A stretch of DNA of 64,000 bases from Bacteroidota bacterium (GTDB taxonomy: Bacteria > Bacteroidota > Bacteroidia > Flavobacteriales_D > Crocinitomicaceae). Below, one piece after another: positions 17,756 to 28,136 of this stretch (the first letter of the stretch is position 1; each line of letters begins with the position of its first letter). The notes beneath the pieces were generated by a model that ran no database searches, had not been told where the DNA came from, and saw only the letters and a program-made list of their open reading frames with translations. The translations under genes and the position numbers were made by a program. The stretch covers positions 7,159 to 71,158 of the forward strand of contig JBDLVT010000006.1 in NCBI GenBank assembly GCA_039804625.1, written 5' to 3'.

Positions 17756-20572
17756 ATGCCTAAAGATCTTTCGATCAAATCCGTTCTCATTATTGGTAGT
17801 GGTCCTATTGTAATCGGTCAAGCCTGTGAATTCGACTACTCAGGTTCTCAAGCAGCACGCTCGCTGCGCGAAGAAGGAATTGAGGTCACACTCATCAACT
17901 CCAATCCAGCGACCATCATGACCGACAAAGTTGTAGCAGACAACGTCTACCTACAGCCACTTGAGCCCGAGAGCATTGTCAAGATCTTGCAAAACCATCA
18001 AATTGACGCCGTTTTGCCAACCATGGGCGGCCAAACAGCACTCAATCTTTGTATTCAGTGCGATGAAATGGGCATCTGGGAACAACATGGCGTGCGCATC
18101 ATCGGCGTAGACATCAACGCCATCGAAATCACTGAAAACCGCGAAGCTTTTCGCGAACTCATGCTCCAAATTGGCGTGCCAATGGCGCCTCAAAAAACAG
18201 CGAAGTCTTTTTTAGAGGGCAAAGAAATTGCCCAAGAATTTGGTTTTCCGCTCTGTATTCGCCCGTCATATACTTTGGGCGGCTCTGGAGCAAGCATCTT
18301 GCACGAGCCCAAAGAATTTGACAACCTCCTCGAGCGCGGCTTGCAACTTTCACCGATCCATGAGGTCATGATAGACAAAGCGCTCTTGGGCTGGAAAGAA
18401 TACGAACTCGAGCTCCTGCGCGATGCCAACGACAACGTCGTGATCATCTGTTCCATCGAGAACTTCGACCCAATGGGAATCCACACCGGAGACTCCATCA
18501 CCGTGGCGCCCGCTATGACCCTCTCCGATACCACCTTTCAAAAAATGCGCGACATGGCCATCAACATGATGCGTTCCATTGGTAATTTTGCAGGAGGGTG
18601 TAATGTGCAGTTTGCGGTTTCCCCTGACAACAACGAAGACATCATTGCCATTGAAATCAATCCGCGTGTGTCGCGTTCATCTGCTTTGGCTTCCAAGGCT
18701 ACAGGCTATCCAATTGCCAAAATTGCCTCCAAGTTGGCCATCGGTTATCACCTCAATGAGCTCAGCAACCAAATCACCAAAACTACTTCTGCACTTTTCG
18801 AACCAACCCTAGACTACGTTATTGTCAAAATACCGCGTTGGAACTTCAATAAATTTCCCGGAACCAACCGCCAGCTAGGGCTACAAATGAAGTCTGTAGG
18901 TGAGGTCATGGGCATTGGCCGTAGCTTTCAAGAAGCGCTGCAAAAAGCGTGTCAGTCTTTGGAAATCAATCGCAATGGTTTAGGTGCAGATGGAAAAGAA
19001 CTGACCAACCAAAACGAGATCCTCAATTCGCTCGAATTCGCGAGCTGGAATCGCTTGTTTCACATCTACGATGCCATTAAATTGGGCATTCCTTTTAAAA
19101 CCATCGTCGAAAAGACCAAAATTGACATCTGGTTCCTCAAGCAAATCGAGGACCTCATCAAGCTCGAGCGCAAAATTGAAAAATTTCACCTCGAAAACAT
19201 TCCACAAGAGCTCCTTTTTGAAGCCAAGCAAAAAGGTTACGCAGACCGTCAGGTTGCTCACCTTTTGCGCTGCCTAGAGTCCGAAGTCTATCAAAAAAGA
19301 AAAGATTTCGGTATCAACCGCGTCTATAAACTCGTAGACACCTGCGCTGCTGAGTTTGAAGCTAAAACGCCTTACTATTACTCCACTTTTGAATACGAAA
19401 ACGAAAGTGTAGTCAGCGAGCGTCCTAAAGTGGTGGTTTTGGGTTCTGGCCCCAACCGCATTGGCCAGGGCATCGAATTCGATTACTCTTGTGTGCACGG
19501 TGTGTTGGCGGCCAAAGAATGCGGCTACGAGACCATCATGATCAACTGCAACCCCGAAACCGTCTCCACTGACTTCGACACCGCCGACAAACTCTATTTT
19601 GAGCCTGTTTTCTGGGAGCACATCTACGACATCATTCAGCACGAAAAGCCAATCGGCGTTATTGTGCAATTGGGCGGTCAAACTGCGCTCAAATTAGCAG
19701 AAAAGCTCGAGCGCTACGGCATTCCGATCCTCGGCACCTCTTACGAAGCCCTAGATTTGGCCGAAGACCGCGGTCGTTTCTCCAAATTACTCGAGAAAAA
19801 CAACGTGCCATTCCCTCAATACGGCGTGGTTGAGAGCGCGGAGCAAGCCATCGAATTATCTGAAACACTAGGCTTTCCTTTGCTCGTACGCCCTTCTTAT
19901 GTCTTGGGTGGTCAAAAAATGAAAATTGTCATCAATAAAGAAGAACTAGAGCACCACGTCGTCGATATCCTCAACGAAATGGGCAACAACCAAATCTTGC
20001 TCGATCACTTCTTGGGTGGCGCAATTGAAGCCGAGGCCGATGCCATCTGCGACGGCGAAAACGTCTACATCATTGGTATCATGCAGCACATTGAGCCAGC
20101 CGGAATTCACTCCGGAGACTCCTATGCAGTGTTGCCCCCATATAACCTCGGCGATTTCGTCATGACGCAAATCGAAGACATCACCAAAAAAATTGCCGTA
20201 GAACTCAAAACCGTTGGTTTACTCAATATCCAATTTGCCATCAAAGACGACAAAGTATACGTCATTGAAGCCAATCCGCGTGCATCTCGCACCGTTCCAT
20301 TTATTGCGAAGGCTTACGACGAGCCTTATGTCAACTACGCTACCAAAGTAATGCTCGGGCACAACAAAGTTACCGACTTCAATTTCCAGCCCCGCAAAGA
20401 AGGTTATGCCATCAAAATTCCGGTATTCTCCTACGAGAAATTCCCTGATGTCAAAAAAGAGTTGGGCCCAGAAATGAAATCTACTGGTGAGGCCATTCGT
20501 TTCATTAAAGATTTGAAGGATCCATTCTTTACCAAAATTTACTCCGAAAGAAATATGCACCTTTCGCGCTAA
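17756..20572 (+). CDS. carB: Carbamoyl-phosphate synthase large subunit
   Basis: 938 aa with a duplicated ATP-grasp architecture (IIGSGPIVIGQACEFDYSG... and VLGSGPNRIGQGIEFDYS...). Confidence 0.97.
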   Translation: MPKDLSIKSVLIIGSGPIVIGQACEFDYSGSQAARSLREEGIEVTLINSNPATIMTDKVVADNVYLQPLEPESIVKILQNHQIDAVLPTMGGQTALNLCIQCDEMGIWEQHGVRIIGVDINAIEITENREAFRELMLQIGVPMAPQKTAKSFLEGKEIAQEFGFPLCIRPSYTLGGSGASILHEPKEFDNLLERGLQLSPIHEVMIDKALLGWKEYELELLRDANDNVVIICSIENFDPMGIHTGDSITVAPAMTLSDTTFQKMRDMAINMMRSIGNFAGGCNVQFAVSPDNNEDIIAIEINPRVSRSSALASKATGYPIAKIASKLAIGYHLNELSNQITKTTSALFEPTLDYVIVKIPRWNFNKFPGTNRQLGLQMKSVGEVMGIGRSFQEALQKACQSLEINRNGLGADGKELTNQNEILNSLEFASWNRLFHIYDAIKLGIPFKTIVEKTKIDIWFLKQIEDLIKLERKIEKFHLENIPQELLFEAKQKGYADRQVAHLLRCLESEVYQKRKDFGINRVYKLVDTCAAEFEAKTPYYYSTFEYENESVVSERPKVVVLGSGPNRIGQGIEFDYSCVHGVLAAKECGYETIMINCNPETVSTDFDTADKLYFEPVFWEHIYDIIQHEKPIGVIVQLGGQTALKLAEKLERYGIPILGTSYEALDLAEDRGRFSKLLEKNNVPFPQYGVVESAEQAIELSETLGFPLLVRPSYVLGGQKMKIVINKEELEHHVVDILNEMGNNQILLDHFLGGAIEAEADAICDGENVYIIGIMQHIEPAGIHSGDSYAVLPPYNLGDFVMTQIEDITKKIAVELKTVGLLNIQFAIKDDKVYVIEANPRASRTVPFIAKAYDEPYVNYATKVMLGHNKVTDFNFQPRKEGYAIKIPVFSYEKFPDVKKELGPEMKSTGEAIRFIKDLKDPFFTKIYSERNMHLSR

Positions 20573-20612
20573 GTTTCGCAGCTCTGCTTTGCGATTAGGC
20601 CATGGCTTTTCG

Positions 20613-20620
20613 TATATTTG
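20613..20620 (+). promoter_or_regulatory. Candidate -7 box TATATTTG, 4 nt upstream of the polyprenyl synthase ATG
   Basis: Exact TAnnTTTG with TTG at 20589..20591 (21-nt spacer). ATG at 20625. Confidence 0.5.
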
Positions 20621-20624
20621 TTAG

Positions 20625-21596
20625 ATGCAGCGCCTAGACGATATCACCGCACCAATTCAGCAAGAATTATTGGATTTTGAAATCCATTTTCAAAACGCCA
20701 TGCATGCCGATGTCGCTTTGCTCGATAAAGTGACGAGCTATATTGTCAAGCGCAAAGGCAAGCAAATGCGTCCTATGTTTGTTTTTCTGAGCGCCAAAAT
20801 GCTCGGCGAAGTCAATCCTACAACCTTTGACGCTACAACTCTAGTAGAACTTCTTCATACAGCTACGCTGGTTCACGACGACGTCGTAGACGACGCCGCA
20901 GAGCGCCGCGGATTTTTCTCCGTGAACGCTCTTTGGAAAAATAAAATTGCAGTATTAGTCGGCGACTACATGCTCTCTCGTATTTTGCTGCTCTCCATTG
21001 AAAAGCGCAACATGGATCTTCTCGAAATCGTCGCAAGAGCAGTTCAAGAAATGTCGGAAGGCGAGTTGCTTCAAATTGAAAAAGCGCGCCACCTCGACAT
21101 CACCGAAGAAATTTACTACGAAGTCATCCGTAAAAAAACGGCTTCGCTCATCGCCACCTGCTGTGAGGCCGGTGCACTGAGCGTTGGCGCGCAGGAAGAG
21201 CGCAGCAAACTCCGTCAGTTTGGTGAACTCATTGGTTTGGCTTTTCAAATCAAAGACGACATCTTTGATTACGGCACGGGCGAGCATATCGGCAAGCCTA
21301 CGGGTATAGATATCCGCGAGCAAAAACTCACGCTTCCCCTCATTTACGCCCTGCAAAATGCTCCGCAGGCCATTCAAAAAGAATTGCGCTACATCATTAA
21401 AAATGAATACGACGTCAGTAAACGCGTACAGCGCGCCATCCAATTGGTTTGGGAGTCTGGCGGTGTGCAATACGCGCAACAGCGTATGGAAGCATTAGCA
21501 GCTGAGGCCTTAGAAATTTTGGCAACTTACCCCGACAGCCCTGCAAAAGCTTCGTTAATAGGTTTGGTGGCCTACACCATGAACCGTGAAAAATAA
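20625..21596 (+). CDS. Polyprenyl diphosphate synthase (long-chain, IspB-like)
   Basis: Two DDxxD motifs: LVHDDVVDD and FQIKDDIFD. Confidence 0.88.
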   Translation: MQRLDDITAPIQQELLDFEIHFQNAMHADVALLDKVTSYIVKRKGKQMRPMFVFLSAKMLGEVNPTTFDATTLVELLHTATLVHDDVVDDAAERRGFFSVNALWKNKIAVLVGDYMLSRILLLSIEKRNMDLLEIVARAVQEMSEGELLQIEKARHLDITEEIYYEVIRKKTASLIATCCEAGALSVGAQEERSKLRQFGELIGLAFQIKDDIFDYGTGEHIGKPTGIDIREQKLTLPLIYALQNAPQAIQKELRYIIKNEYDVSKRVQRAIQLVWESGGVQYAQQRMEALAAEALEILATYPDSPAKASLIGLVAYTMNREK

Positions 21597-21600
21597 TACC

Positions 21601-22005
21601 ATGAAATACAGTAACATTATATTCATATTTGCACTGCTTTTACTTGATGTGTCTTGCCAAAACGAAGGAAAAGACACGCGAACCAAACAAGTAGTCAAAG
21701 AAAAACTGGTTGAAATCAAAGACGGACACTACAAAGAGTGGTACCCTGGCAAAAAACAACTCAAGTATGAAGGAGATCTAACCAAAAAAGGTGTGCGCGA
21801 GGGCAAATGGAATTATTACAGCGAAAAAGGCAACTTGCAGTCCTTCACGTTTTATGTTGCGGGCAAAAAGAATGGGCATTCTGTCGTTAAATATCCGAAC
21901 GGAAAGATCCACTATTACGGCCAATACAAAGATGATCAAATGATAGGAGAGTGGGTTACCTACGACGAAAAAGGCAATAAAACGGTCAATAACTTCAATC
22001 CCTGA
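21601..22005 (+). CDS. MORN-repeat-variant (YwqK-like) lipoprotein
   Basis: Lipoprotein-like signal MKYSNIIFIFALLLLDVSC, then repeated G.W..Y...G units (EGKWNYYSEKGN, GHSVVKYPNGK, GEWVTYDEKGN). Confidence 0.65.
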   Translation: MKYSNIIFIFALLLLDVSCQNEGKDTRTKQVVKEKLVEIKDGHYKEWYPGKKQLKYEGDLTKKGVREGKWNYYSEKGNLQSFTFYVAGKKNGHSVVKYPNGKIHYYGQYKDDQMIGEWVTYDEKGNKTVNNFNP

Positions 22006-22013
22006 GGCCATAA

Positions 22014-23972
22014 ATGAGCAAAATTCCGCCGCATATCGTCGACCAAATTCTACAAACCGCTCGCATAGAGGAAGTGATCGGAGAGTTTGTGCAACTCAAG
22101 CGCGCGGGTTCTAATCTCAAAGGCTTGAGCCCCTTTACGGACGAGAAAACACCATCGTTTGTGGTGTCGCCAGTCAAGCAGATTTTCAAGTGTTTTTCTA
22201 CTGGGAAGGGAGGCAACGCGGCCAGCTTCTTGATGGAAAAGGAACATTTTAGCTACCCAGAAGCCCTGCGTTGGTTGGCCAAGCGCTACAACATCGAAGT
22301 TCCTGAAGAGCGAGAAGCCACTGCCGAAGAACTTGCTGCGCTCAACGAGCGCGAGAGTTTTTTGATCATCAATGAGTTTGCCAAAAACACCTTTTCCGAC
22401 ATGCTGCTCAATTCTCAAGAAGGCAAAGCCATTGGGCTTTCTTATTTTGAGGAGCGCGGTTTCAGTCGGGCCACCATCGAGAAATTTCAATTGGGTTATT
22501 GCCTCAATACAGGCGCAGCCTTCACCGATTTAGCCCTCGAAAAAGGCTATAACAAAGCTTACTTAGAAGCCATCGGACTCACCAAATCAAAAGACGAGCG
22601 TACTTTTGACTTTTTCAAAGGTCGCGTGATGTTCCCTATTCATAGCGTCTCGGGGCGCGTACTTGGTTTTGGTGGCCGCACCTTGCTTGCCGATAAAAAA
22701 ATCGCTAAGTATTTCAATTCACCCGAGAGTGTCATCTACAACAAAAGCGAGATCCTCTACGGTCTTTATTTTGCCAAAGGCGACATCGTCAAATACAACG
22801 AATGTTTGCTCTGCGAGGGGTATACAGACGTCATCAGTATGCACCAAGCGGGCATTCAAAATGTGGTTTCTTCATCTGGAACTTCCCTCACCAAAGAACA
22901 AGTTAAGTTGGTGAGCCGTTATACCAAAAACCTCACGATTCTCTACGACGGCGATGCGGCAGGGATCAAAGCAAGTTTCCGCGGCATCGACCTCATTTTG
23001 GAAGAAGGCCTCAACGTCAAAGTAGTACTTTTTCCCGACGGCGAAGATCCAGACTCCTTTTCCAAATCGCGGTCATCCGCCGAATTGAGCGCCTATATTG
23101 CAGCTCATAAACAAGATTTCATCTCTTTTAAGGCCGGAATTTTACTTTCAGAAGGCGGTAATGACCCCATTTTACGTGCGGGCCTCATCAAAGACATCGT
23201 TCATTCTGTTTCACTGATCCCTGATCAAATTACCCGTTCGGTTTACGTGCAGCAGTTGGCGCAGCAGTTCGATATCGCCGAGTCTATTGTGCAGTCGGAA
23301 TTGCTTCAGTTGCGCAAAACGGCATTGGCCAAAACTTACCAAGATCCGGCACTCGAAGCCATTCAACTTCCCAAAACGCCTGCTGAGCAATCCATGCAGG
23401 CGCATGCTGAACAAGAAGAAGACCTTACGCTTTTTGAGGCAGAGCTCGTACGTGTACTGATCAAATACGGTACCCGTGCCCTCATTTGGCAAGAGCTCGG
23501 GCAGCCAGAGACCCAGACAAGCGTCATTGAACTCATCGTGCATGAGTTGCATAAAGATGAGCTTCATTTTGAAAACCCGCTTTACGAAGAGATCTACCGC
23601 ATATTTGAAAAAGGGGTACTTGAAGATAACACCCTCTATGAAGCCACCTACTTTTTGCGCCATGAAAAACAAGAAATTGTTCAATTTGCCGCCGACATCG
23701 AAGCACAAGAACAAGAGCTCAGTCATAACTGGGTGGCGCGCTACAAAATCCAAACGAAGTCAGAATCCGACGACCTCTATCAAACAGTAGTGCAAGTGAT
23801 TTACCGTTTTAAGTTGGCTTTTGTGGAGCGAAAAATTAAAAATATTCGCAAAGAGCTCAGTAATGAAAACCTTCAAGACGAAGACTTGCTTTTGGCACTC
23901 GGCGAATTAGTCAGCCTTGAAAAAGTCAAAATGCTCCTCTCCGAGCAAATTGGCATCACGCTTATCCGTTGA
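22014..23972 (+). CDS. dnaG: DNA primase
   Basis: N-terminal zinc-binding region (SPFTDEKTPSFVVSP..FKCFSTGKGGN) and TOPRIM motifs EGYTDVIS and YDGDAAG. Confidence 0.95.
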   Translation: MSKIPPHIVDQILQTARIEEVIGEFVQLKRAGSNLKGLSPFTDEKTPSFVVSPVKQIFKCFSTGKGGNAASFLMEKEHFSYPEALRWLAKRYNIEVPEEREATAEELAALNERESFLIINEFAKNTFSDMLLNSQEGKAIGLSYFEERGFSRATIEKFQLGYCLNTGAAFTDLALEKGYNKAYLEAIGLTKSKDERTFDFFKGRVMFPIHSVSGRVLGFGGRTLLADKKIAKYFNSPESVIYNKSEILYGLYFAKGDIVKYNECLLCEGYTDVISMHQAGIQNVVSSSGTSLTKEQVKLVSRYTKNLTILYDGDAAGIKASFRGIDLILEEGLNVKVVLFPDGEDPDSFSKSRSSAELSAYIAAHKQDFISFKAGILLSEGGNDPILRAGLIKDIVHSVSLIPDQITRSVYVQQLAQQFDIAESIVQSELLQLRKTALAKTYQDPALEAIQLPKTPAEQSMQAHAEQEEDLTLFEAELVRVLIKYGTRALIWQELGQPETQTSVIELIVHELHKDELHFENPLYEEIYRIFEKGVLEDNTLYEATYFLRHEKQEIVQFAADIEAQEQELSHNWVARYKIQTKSESDDLYQTVVQVIYRFKLAFVERKIKNIRKELSNENLQDEDLLLALGELVSLEKVKMLLSEQIGITLIR

Positions 23973-23973
23973 T

Positions 23974-25098
23974 ATGTTTGCAGAAACTCTCTTTTACATC
24001 GGGCCATATAAGATTTGTTTTTGGAATCTTATTTTTTTACTGCTTATTTTTTTTGCGGCTGCCATATTGCGTCGTTTGGTACATAAAGCCTTAAAAGGCT
24101 ATGTCAAGAGTGCCAATATCCAATTAGAAGTCAAGCAAATGGCGCGCTTGCGATTGGTGAGCCAGAGTGTTTATTTGTTGGCTATTTACATAGCTGTGCT
24201 GAGCTTGCGCTACAACAACGGGCATGTCACCTTCAATGATTTCTTGCAGTTTAAATTGCTTTCTTTCGAGAGTTTTAAAATTGATTTTGCCGACATCCTG
24301 ATAGTCATCTCAGTCTTTTTTGGTGCCAAAATCGCTGTAAATTTAACCAAGCTCTATTTTGCGAGGCGCTTCAAAGGCAGTCCAAACTACGACGCCGGTA
24401 CTGAGTTCGTCTATAACCAATTGGCAAAGTATTTTATCTATGTAGCCTCCATCTTGTTTAGCTTCAAGCTTCTCGGCATAGACCTCATGATCTTACTCAC
24501 CAGTTCTGTGGGGCTTTTGGTGGGTTTAGGCTTGGGCTTGCAAGATGTTTTCAAGGACATGATCGCCGGTGTAGTATTGCTTTTCGAAGGAAATTTGCGC
24601 GTTGGTGACATCGTCGAAATTTCAGGTAAGTCCAAAATGAACGGGCTGAATAATGAGTCGATAGTTGCTAAAATCGTCAAAATCAATGTGCGCACCACCC
24701 AAATTCAGACCCGAGAGGGTAATGTATTGATCATTCCAAATACACATCTTACCCAAGACCGTATTGAAAACTGGAGCCATGGTTCCGAACTCACGCGCTT
24801 CACTATTTCACTCACTGTTGCCTATGGCTCAGATATTCAGCTAATTGAACGCTTGCTTACACAAGCAGCACTCGCACACCCTAAAGTCAAAAAGAGCAAT
24901 CCGGTATTTGTTCGGCTTTACGATTTTGGCAATTCAGGCCTTGAACTAGAGCTTGTTTTTTGGGCAGACCAAAGTTGGGATATCAACAATTATAAATCGG
25001 AAATAAGGCTTGAAATCGATCGCTTGTTTAGAACTTATTCCATAGAAATTCCTTATCCGCAGCGTGTGTTGCATCAGGCACCTTCGCGCAATTCGTAA
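23974..25098 (+). CDS. Mechanosensitive ion channel (MscS family)
   Basis: Several N-terminal TM helices, then the MscS beta-domain LRVGDIVEI...NVLIIPNTHL. ATG 23974 sits immediately after the dnaG stop. Confidence 0.85.
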   Translation: MFAETLFYIGPYKICFWNLIFLLLIFFAAAILRRLVHKALKGYVKSANIQLEVKQMARLRLVSQSVYLLAIYIAVLSLRYNNGHVTFNDFLQFKLLSFESFKIDFADILIVISVFFGAKIAVNLTKLYFARRFKGSPNYDAGTEFVYNQLAKYFIYVASILFSFKLLGIDLMILLTSSVGLLVGLGLGLQDVFKDMIAGVVLLFEGNLRVGDIVEISGKSKMNGLNNESIVAKIVKINVRTTQIQTREGNVLIIPNTHLTQDRIENWSHGSELTRFTISLTVAYGSDIQLIERLLTQAALAHPKVKKSNPVFVRLYDFGNSGLELELVFWADQSWDINNYKSEIRLEIDRLFRTYSIEIPYPQRVLHQAPSRNS

Positions 25099-25796
25099 AG
25101 ATAGCGCTGGATGGTATTTTCAATCCCCAAATAAAGCGCATCGCTAATTAGTGCATGGCCTATAGAAACTTCGTCAAGTGCAACAAGCGAAGCCTTCAAG
25201 AAAGCTAAATTTTCCAAACTGAGGTCGTGTCCGGCATTGATGCCCAAACCTTGCGCCTGTGCGTGAAGTGCTGCTAGGCGGTAGGGTTCTACTGCTAACT
25301 GAGGCCCCAAAGGGTAATTTTCTGCATACGGCCCAGTGTAGAATTCGATGCGGTCTGCACCAAGCACCTTGGCTTTGTCAATTTGTGCCAGATCAGTTTC
25401 CATAAAAAGCGAAACTCTGACGCCAAGAGCTTGAATTTGAGCAATAATAGGAGCTAGAAAGTTCGCTTGTTCAGTGCACTTCCAGCCGGCATTAGAGGTG
25501 AGTACACCCGGTGGGTCTGGCACTAAAGTGGCTTGCGCCGGACGCAAGTCTTTGATAAGCTGTAGGTAGCGCGCATCGGGGAAGCCTTCTATGTTGAATT
25601 CAGTCTGAACGCGTTCGTGGAGGTCGTAGCAGTCTTGGGTGGTAATGTGCCGCTCATCTGGCCTTGGGTGAACCGTGATGCCCTGCGCGCCGAATCTTTC
25701 GGCATCGAGTGCAAACTGGAGCACATTTGGGGTTTGGCCGCCGCGAGCATTGCGCAGTGTTGCGATTTTATTGATATTCACGCTGAGTCTGGTCAT
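25074..25796 (-). CDS. pdxJ: Pyridoxine 5'-phosphate synthase
   Basis: MTRLSVNINKIATLRNARGG, GITVHPRPDERHI, EFYTGPYA. Start at ATG 25796 rather than 25853. Confidence 0.93.
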   Translation of the reverse strand: MTRLSVNINKIATLRNARGGQTPNVLQFALDAERFGAQGITVHPRPDERHITTQDCYDLHERVQTEFNIEGFPDARYLQLIKDLRPAQATLVPDPPGVLTSNAGWKCTEQANFLAPIIAQIQALGVRVSLFMETDLAQIDKAKVLGADRIEFYTGPYAENYPLGPQLAVEPYRLAALHAQAQGLGINAGHDLSLENLAFLKASLVALDEVSIGHALISDALYLGIENTIQRYLYELREGA

Positions 25797-25814
25797 GGCA
25801 CAATAATTGAGTTG

Positions 25815-25822
25815 CAAAAGTA
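25815..25822 (-). promoter_or_regulatory. Candidate -7 box TACTTTTG for pdxJ
   Basis: Exact TAnnTTTG on the minus strand, 18 nt upstream of ATG 25796. Confidence 0.45.
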
Positions 25823-25858
25823 CGAAACATTCAAGTAATTTAGTATTTTGCACCCACT

Positions 25859-26521
25859 ATGAGAGCTTCCCATATTCTTTCTGAACAAATACCGCCTTTA
25901 TTGCATACCGATAGCGGTGAAAAAGCGCTGTTATGGATGGACGAATTTCAGGTCAATCACCTGCCCGTTCTGAAGAACGGCAATTTTGTCGGGCTTGTGT
26001 CAGAATCTGAATTACTCGATCAAATTAGTCTCGAAGAAAGTCTCGATGAGCTCTTTCAGCATCTTCCTCGTCCTTTTGCTTTTGCCGATGCGCATCTGTT
26101 TGATTTACTCCAGCACTTTGCGCTCTTCAAATTAACGGTCTTACCAGTTTTAGATCGCCAAGAAAATTATTTAGGTGTCATTAGTGCGCAAGAATTGCTC
26201 CAATTGCTTGCCGACACCAGCGGACTCAACGAATCGGGTTCTGTTTTGGTCCTCGAAATGAATGCCAACGACTACACCCTCGCTCAGATTGCTCAAATTG
26301 TGGAGAGCAATCAGGCCAAAATCCTGAATTTATTCGTGTGTTACCTTCCAGACAGCACCAAAATTCAGGTCAATTTGCGCATCAATCAACAAAATTTAAG
26401 TGCAATTATCCGTACCTTTGAGCGCTATGATTACCATATTTTGGTCAGCTATGAAGACAGCCAACAATCAAATGAGCTCCAAGATCGCTACCAAGAACTC
26501 ATGCATTATTTAAGCATGTAA
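25859..26521 (+). CDS. CBS domain-containing protein
   Basis: Tandem CBS-like units (HLPVLKNGNFVGLVSESELLD and LTVLPVLDRQENYLGVISAQELLQ). Confidence 0.7.
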   Translation: MRASHILSEQIPPLLHTDSGEKALLWMDEFQVNHLPVLKNGNFVGLVSESELLDQISLEESLDELFQHLPRPFAFADAHLFDLLQHFALFKLTVLPVLDRQENYLGVISAQELLQLLADTSGLNESGSVLVLEMNANDYTLAQIAQIVESNQAKILNLFVCYLPDSTKIQVNLRINQQNLSAIIRTFERYDYHILVSYEDSQQSNELQDRYQELMHYLSM

Positions 26522-27408
26522 TGAAACAAATCGCCTTATACGCCAAAAAAATATTCAAGCAAGACCAAAGTGTCTTTGAAAACCTACTCAAGGGTATTGA
26601 GCTTTTGGGTTGGGTACCGGTACTCGAAAAAGAGTTCGCACAACAACTGCACGTAAAATACCATACCAACACAAACTACAAAACCTTCGAAAACCACCTC
26701 GATCTCCAAACGGGCTATGACCTCATGATCAGCATTGGCGGCGACGGTACTTTTTTGAAGGCTGTATCCTTTATTAGAGATTCCGGAGTACCTATTCTCG
26801 GGATCAACACCGGTCGTTTGGGTTTTTTATCCAATCTATCCAAAGATCAAATTGCTCAAACGCTTGAGCGCTTTGCAGCAGGTCAGTACGAGTTCCAGAA
26901 AAGGTCTTTGCTGAGGGTTCATACCGAAAACGACCTCTTCGCCGACGAAAACTTTGCCCTTAATGAGCTTACACTACAGAAAAAAGACACCTCGTCCATG
27001 ATCAAAGTGCATGCATATCTCGGCGATAAATTCCTCAATACTTATTGGGCCGATGGACTGATCGTGGCCACGCCAACTGGTTCTACAGCCTACAGCCTCA
27101 GTTGCGGTGGCCCCATCATTACACCAGGTTGTCAAGTGCATATCCTGACACCAATTGCTCCACACAACCTCAATGTGCGACCGGTTGTTGTACCAGACCA
27201 CATGCCTATATCACTCCAAGTAGAAGGACGTGACCGCTCTTATTTACTATCATTAGATGGTCATTCCCAGCACATTAAACAAGGGGAGAAGGTGACCATC
27301 ACCAAAGCAGAATTCATGATCAACGTCGTGAAGTTCGAGGACAACAACTTTTTAGATACCATCCGAAACAAAATGTTTTGGGGCTCAGATACCCGAAATG
27401 AAATTTAA
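26521..27408 (+). CDS. nadK: NAD kinase
   Basis: GGDGTFL and TPTGSTAYSLSCGGPI motifs. 1-nt overlap with the upstream CBS gene. Confidence 0.92.
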   Translation: MKQIALYAKKIFKQDQSVFENLLKGIELLGWVPVLEKEFAQQLHVKYHTNTNYKTFENHLDLQTGYDLMISIGGDGTFLKAVSFIRDSGVPILGINTGRLGFLSNLSKDQIAQTLERFAAGQYEFQKRSLLRVHTENDLFADENFALNELTLQKKDTSSMIKVHAYLGDKFLNTYWADGLIVATPTGSTAYSLSCGGPIITPGCQVHILTPIAPHNLNVRPVVVPDHMPISLQVEGRDRSYLLSLDGHSQHIKQGEKVTITKAEFMINVVKFEDNNFLDTIRNKMFWGSDTRNEI

Positions 27409-27414
27409 TTGAAA

Positions 27415-28131
27415 ATGAAAAAAACACTAATCCCAATTATGGCCATTGCGTTGGCTTTTCAAGCAAACGCCCAGGAGCCGCAAGTCAAATCAAGAATTGA
27501 TTCTGTCAGCTACTTAGCCGGACAAAATATCGCACAAAGCGTCCTCAAAGATTTTCCTGAGGCAAATGTAGCTTTGTTGTTGCAAGGTATAAGCGATGCT
27601 ATGTTGCAGCGCCCTAGTTTGCTTCAAGATCCAGCCAATCAGTGCGTAATGTCTTATTTTCAAGAAAAGATGCAAGCGGTGCAGCAAGCAGAAGAGGCGG
27701 TCAATCAAGAAGCACTCGCTGCCGAAAAAGAAGGGGGTCGAGTGAACCGCGAAAAAGGCGAGCAGTTTCTTTTAGAGAACGCTAAGAAAAAAGAAATTCA
27801 AGTTACGGCAAGTGGTTTGCAATACGAAGTGCTCAAAAAGGGCAGAGGCAGTAAACCAACGGCGAGTTCTACCGTGAAAGTACATTACACAGGCACCACC
27901 ATTAATGGCGAAGTTTTTGATAGCTCTGTCGAGCGCAATGAACCCATTTCTTTTCCGCTAAGTGCAGTCATTCCAGGCTGGACAGAAGGTGTACAGCTCA
28001 TGAGCGTAGGTTCTAAATACCGATTTTACATCCCGCAAGAATTGGCTTATGGCTCCGGATCACCCACAGAATTGATCCCGCCATATTCCGTTCTGATCTT
28101 TGAAGTTGAATTATTAGATATCGAAAAATAA
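27415..28131 (+). CDS. FKBP-type peptidyl-prolyl isomerase, periplasmic FkpA/Mip-like
   Basis: Signal peptide [20 protein letters not shown], a helical N-domain, then the FKBP domain [18 protein letters not shown]...[16 protein letters not shown]. Confidence 0.88.
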   Translation: MKKTLIPIMAIALAFQANAQEPQVKSRIDSVSYLAGQNIAQSVLKDFPEANVALLLQGISDAMLQRPSLLQDPANQCVMSYFQEKMQAVQQAEEAVNQEALAAEKEGGRVNREKGEQFLLENAKKKEIQVTASGLQYEVLKKGRGSKPTASSTVKVHYTGTTINGEVFDSSVERNEPISFPLSAVIPGWTEGVQLMSVGSKYRFYIPQELAYGSGSPTELIPPYSVLIFEVELLDIEK

Positions 28132-28136
28132 ATACC

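Noticed and set aside
21601-22005. YwqK-type label suggesting a toxin-antitoxin module.
   Set aside because: The protein is a MORN-repeat lipoprotein with a signal peptide. No toxin-like partner is adjacent; the neighbours are the polyprenyl synthase and dnaG.
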